Shown here piece by piece: positions 59,301 to 64,000 of a DNA stretch of 64,000 nucleotides (positions are counted from its first letter, which is position 1; each line of letters begins with the position of its first letter). The notes below the pieces were generated by a model. That model did not search any database and was not told the DNA's origin. It was given only the letters and a program-made list of their open reading frames with translations. This DNA is from Phoronis australis (Eukaryota > Animalia > Phoronida), in contig NMRA01000526.1 of NCBI GenBank assembly GCA_002633005.1, forward strand, positions 62,001 to 126,000, given 5' to 3'. The position numbers were made by a program, and so were the translations under genes.

Positions 59301-60207
59301 AATTATTTTACTGCTGCAGAATGACTTCAAATCTCCGGCGAACACACAATCCATGTTTATTTGTAATTGCCACAAACGTCGCTACATTGCTGGGGGCTTT
59401 TAAACTTTTGACAAGTTGCTTCTTTATCTTTTCAATAAAAGGAATTATCTACAACAATTCATTGGAAATGTGTTTACGGGTAGGTAGACATTTTTGGTCT
59501 CATTTGAAGTAAATGAACTGAAGCTGGCATGCGTCGTTCTTTCGACCGCTGGGTGAAGTTGACACGAGGTTATTCACAGACAGTCATCTTTGTAACTACG
59601 TTGCCGACATTACATTCAAAGTTACTGCTAATTGTCATAATTCTATTCATTTTATGAGTAGATCTGCAATTCAATGAAAATGTTAGGCTTTCATACTTAA
59701 AGAATCCAGTCAAAATTGTTGAAAAGCGGAAAGTTCACAGTCTTCATTTATATTAAGCACTAAGGATGAAGTTTAATAAGAAAATTTATTCATAGAAAGT
59801 AGGCTATATGGTTGAATTATTGAATTAAATATTTACATAACTGCATATTTTGCTAATCAGTTGGCTTATGTCCAATCGCATTTCATTACAAAAACAAGAT
59901 TGTTCTTCAATTATGTTCAGTTGTGTCCCACGCATTTCTTTTTTGCAAGGAAGCCGCCAGCGTTTCTTGGGATGTTTTTGATCGATTAACAGTTAGCAGA
60001 CGACCACCTTCGGATCCACGTACATGTACGAAAAACTGAACACAAATAGTAAGTTTTGGTAAGCTTACGCATGGAACTGAAACTGCTGTTTTCGTGAGCG
60101 GATTTTCGAGGACCTTTGGCATTGATGCTGGAAGCAGACCATTGCCTCCCGCTGTCCACCGACGAGAAATGAAAAACACCCATTATTGTCTCCTAGGAAT
60201 GTTGTAC

Positions 60208-61341
60208 TTACGCAACAAAGCCACCGTTTACGAAAGACATTTCTCTTAGCTCATTTTGATTGGCATCAATGGACGATGAACGCCGTCTTTCATCTTGAGA
60301 TATTGAAAACATCATCCAATTTTTTACGGCAACTGGGCGACACTTGAGCAGGGCCACAAACTCCTTTCGCATATGAGTGCTTCCAACGGAATATACCACC
60401 GGATTTAACGCATTTTGTAGATATGTCATCCAAGTTACGAAAACGCTTACAGCTCTTGGTACATCCGCTATTTCTATGTCCTCTCTCAACACAATACACA
60501 CGTACGTTACCATGGGAACCCAACTCACAAAAAACAACACCACACACGCAAGCAACATAATGGCGATTTTCTTCTGTAAGGCATAACTGCGTTTCGAAGT
60601 AGTCACTCCGCATCGTATAGAATTCTTCATATTCTTATGTATAAATATGAAAATTTTCGTATAGATTATTGTTAAACTGATTACTCCGTACAGCGCAAAG
60701 CTTGCTATGAGCGAGACGTCCCCAGTTTGGAGGTCGATGTCCTCCTCGCTGAAATGAATTATACAAAGCGTCAACGCAGGTTGCACTTTGAAATCATCTG
60801 CTCGAAATAACATAATAATATATCCAGTGGAAGAAAGTACCCACGTTACGACAATGGCCACTTTTATAGATATACGTTTCTTGCCTGACGTGCAAATAAC
60901 GAAATAACGGTCAATACTTAAGCAAAACATACTAAACATTGATACACACAGAAAGCCTCTCATGGCCACGATCTGAAGCATGCAGGCTGGCATGCCAAGG
61001 TCGTAAGTTGGGTCAATGGATATCAAAATGGAGATTGGCATAGAAAACACGGCGACACCGAGATCCGCACACGCCATGTTGAATATTAATACAAACATGT
61101 TGTTATTAGCACCTCCTCTGGATGACGATGAACTTATGGTGTTCCGAGACAGTTTAGTTGCCTGCCAACGCCGATAAACCACGAGGCATACCATCACGTT
61201 ACCCACGATAGCCATTGTTGTTATGGGTAATTGAAATGGTAGTGTATACATCCACAAAGGTCTTACTTCCCCATGAGTGTCATTAGAAGATTCACAGAAA
61301 GTAATCCTCGAAGAGTTTCTGTCACAATGAAATTGGTCCAT
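60208..61341 (-). CDS. Intronless class A (rhodopsin-like) GPCR, ligand unknown
   Basis: 377-aa ORF with seven hydrophobic segments and the motifs GN (TM1), NMACADL (TM2), SIDRY, SWVP (TM6) and NPVVY (TM7). It has TM3/ECL2 cysteines and N-terminal NxS/T sites. Confidence 0.95.
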   Translation of the reverse strand: MDQFHCDRNSSRITFCESSNDTHGEVRPLWMYTLPFQLPITTMAIVGNVMVCLVVYRRWQATKLSRNTISSSSSRGGANNNMFVLIFNMACADLGVAVFSMPISILISIDPTYDLGMPACMLQIVAMRGFLCVSMFSMFCLSIDRYFVICTSGKKRISIKVAIVVTWVLSSTGYIIMLFRADDFKVQPALTLCIIHFSEEDIDLQTGDVSLIASFALYGVISLTIIYTKIFIFIHKNMKNSIRCGVTTSKRSYALQKKIAIMLLACVVLFFVSWVPMVTYVCIVLREDIEIADVPRAVSVFVTWMTYLQNALNPVVYSVGSTHMRKEFVALLKCRPVAVKNWMMFSISQDERRRSSSIDANQNELREMSFVNGGFVA

Positions 61342-62309
61342 ACTGAAAATCCTGGATCGTCACTTCTTGTCATTTCCTGTGTACTACATTTGCCTTTTTC
61401 TGCGTAATTAGCAAAGTTCGCTCGTTCACAGGAAACAAACTGTTATAGTTTTGCTGTCTCATTTCTGAACATCTTGGAATATGAAATCCAAATCGACTCA
61501 TTCACGAACATGTAGAAATTACTAATGACTGAGCTTGTGTCTTTTTGCGCAGGTGTGTTGTAGACTACGGAAGCGATCCGCTTGACCGGCCATTTCTGCT
61601 TCTTGACCCCAAATTAAATGGTTTTTGAACGAGTGGCAACACACACCGTGCAGGGTCTATACAGCGTTGTTCATTGGTTGCGTTATTCATGTAAAAAAAT
61701 TATAATAAAGAGTGCTAAGAAATTCTAAAAATGCATTAAACGGAAAAATAACTGAAACATCTTATGAAATGAAAATTGACACGAATTTGTCAGAACCCAA
61801 CATACAGGGCGTTCCAAACTTATCGGGTTGAAGTAAACACGGTTTGACGCAATGGTTTGGGCTTTACTCGGCTGACTCTTACTGATTTGGGAGACACGGG
61901 TCTTAAGAAAATATATATATGTATATGTTTATTTGTGTATAAGACACAACTGAAGATAAGGCAAGACATGATGCGAAGTGCCTCAGAGCAGTTGATAGTT
62001 GTTTTATAAAAATCAGACAACTTTACAATTATATACATACTTTCCACTTCAGATTTTAGTTGAAACGTCACTAAACGCCACTGAGTCAAAAATATGCTTT
62101 TAATTGTTTATTTCTCGAAAACAACAAAGCACGTGTAAATATTTCATCAGTGCTTAACATATGACAAATTGTGTATTTTGATGAGACTATGGACATTCTG
62201 AGGTTCCATGTAAATGATGATAATATGAAATAAAGATACCTTTTGGATCCGAAAAGCCGTACCTTGAGGTTTTCGGTTCACCACCAGCGGATGCGTCTCC
62301 TCTCTCGTT

Positions 62310-62492
62310 GTGGAATAAAACAATAAAGCAACATAGGGATTTCCTAATGTCAAAGGGAATTCCGTAGCAGGTCCGAGTACACTGCAGGGAGAACAAGTCC
62401 ACAGAGATCCTGGACTTGATCTCACTGCGGTGTACTCGGACCTGCTACGGGATTCTCCTTAACATTAGCGAATCCCCATGTTTTTTATTGTT
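62310..62492. repeat. Hairpin/MITE-like inverted repeat
   Basis: ctaatgtcaaagggaattccgtagcaggtccgagtacactgcag pairs with ctgcggtgtactcggacctgctacgggattctccttaacattag. Confidence 0.7.
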
Positions 62493-64000
62493 TTATTCCA
62501 CAGCTGGTGGTGAACTAAGTCCGTGAGAAATGGACGAATCGGCTGGCAGTACACCGACAACCTCAAGGTACGGCTTTTCGTTCCAAAAGAGATCTTTATT
62601 TAAATTACGTATTTTGGGTTTTTGAATATTGAATTCACGTTCCGGTATTTCAATGAAAAAAGTGATCTTAGATAACTGTGTTTTTGGTCTGCAATTATCA
62701 ATGAAATGTTCATTTTTATTTGTGAATCCAATCAATTCAATACCTTGTTTGAGTTACAAACAGGTGTTCTCATAACATTGTCCTTTTACTTTTTGAAGAT
62801 TGTTTTTAAATCATTCAATTGCAAATTTCATTTTAAATTCCTTACTAAAACAACAATCATAAAGTGTGTTTCCATGTCTCTTTTTCAAAGAGCAGAAAGC
62901 ATTCATTTAGTACCTGTAGTTTTTACTTTGTGAAGGAATGAGTTTTAATTTTGCTAGAATTCTGTGTTGAGGTAAAATCCTGTTTTGCAACCAACGTGAA
63001 GCGTGGCACTCAAGTTACTCTACCATGATGTCATTGCATAAGCTAGCTACCGTGATGAACCGCATCCGGGTGGGACCGTGACGAATATCGTATGTCTGAA
63101 TTAGCTCGAAATATTGACAGCGCTCGTGACGATGAGTTTTCGCGCCAGAGCCCTTTGGTTTTGCGACAGTTTTCGCACCACGATACAATGGGAGACACGC
63201 TATAGCTCACCGTGGGCAGTGCAAAGTTTGTGAGCAACGGAGTTTTCTGAGCACACTGTCACCATATTAGCTACCCGTGAACTACGGTATGAGCATGGGC
63301 TGCGCACCATAGGGGGCTGGGGGGCTGTAGCCCACCACTATTATCAGTCTGTGCGGCCCATGGTCTATGGGTGCTGCACCACTTTAGCCCCCACTTTTTT
63401 CAGTGCTGCGCCGCCCATGATTCGGGACCACCCGTGGCTACCTGCAGCGAAACTCCGTACTCCATCTGTGATAAATCTGTGATGCACCGAAGCTCGTAAA
63501 ATCATAGTGCTTTGGCGAGAAAACGGACGATCACGGCCACTCTCACGACTTCGAACTAATCAAACACGAAATATTAATATTCGTTACGGTCATCCCTGGA
63601 TCGTTACGGTTCACTACAGTAGTATGTGCGGTGGTCTTGCGGTGATCAGTCCATGACGATCATAGTGTTTCAACTTCACTACGGTATGCATAGTTTACGG
63701 CTCGCTGGTGCCTAGCCAGCACGTGCTGGCTACTGGCCACCTAACGGCACGCAGGGAACCAGCGAGAGTTTACGGTAGAGATGCTGTGCGTGAACTTGGA
63801 ATACACGAGGAAACTTGACAAGCTCACTCAAAAAATCACGTTCATATTGATAAAAATTTGGATTGCACTGATCAAATTACATGTTAAAAATGACACAAAT
63901 TTTAACCAATATTTTTCAACTATTTGCGATCTTATTCACCAATAATACTTGATTGAACCATTCACATATTCCTCCGATTCTTTGACACAAGTTACGGTAA

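Noticed and set aside
60208-61341. GPCR next to RNMT as an ortholog of human MC5R/MC2R, which neighbour RNMT
   Set aside because: It has TM3 and ECL2 cysteines and a long ECL2, which melanocortin receptors lack. The adjacency is probably coincidental.
63040-63840. GC-richer region with recurring tacggt/cgtga words, possibly a Harbinger-like non-autonomous element
   Set aside because: TIRs and a TSD could not be defined within the window.

Overview
This is a repeat-rich, intron-containing animal genome window, probably a marine invertebrate (inferred from the transposon repertoire), not prokaryotic DNA. Host genes are exon 1 of PABPN1 (minus strand, running off the left edge), a decayed second PABPN1 copy (18892-31856, minus), FAM210A (minus) head-to-head with RNMT (plus), and an intronless class A GPCR (minus). 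The layout fits an old ~36 kb tandem duplication of PABPN1-FAM210A-RNMT with its junction at ~18904, followed by reciprocal gene loss. The dead PABPN1 copy still carries two intact box C/D snoRNAs resembling SNORD104/snR58. Mobile elements include an LTR-bounded Gypsy, a BEL/Pao, a Ginger1-like integrase with a Ulp1 tail, two Penelope-like remnants with hammerhead ribozymes, hAT and Tc1 MITEs, and Helentron-type HINEs with dense CTCF-like motif arrays. The most unusual element is a gag-type retroelement carrying a TatD nuclease where pol would be expected. All calls were made by eye, with no database searches.
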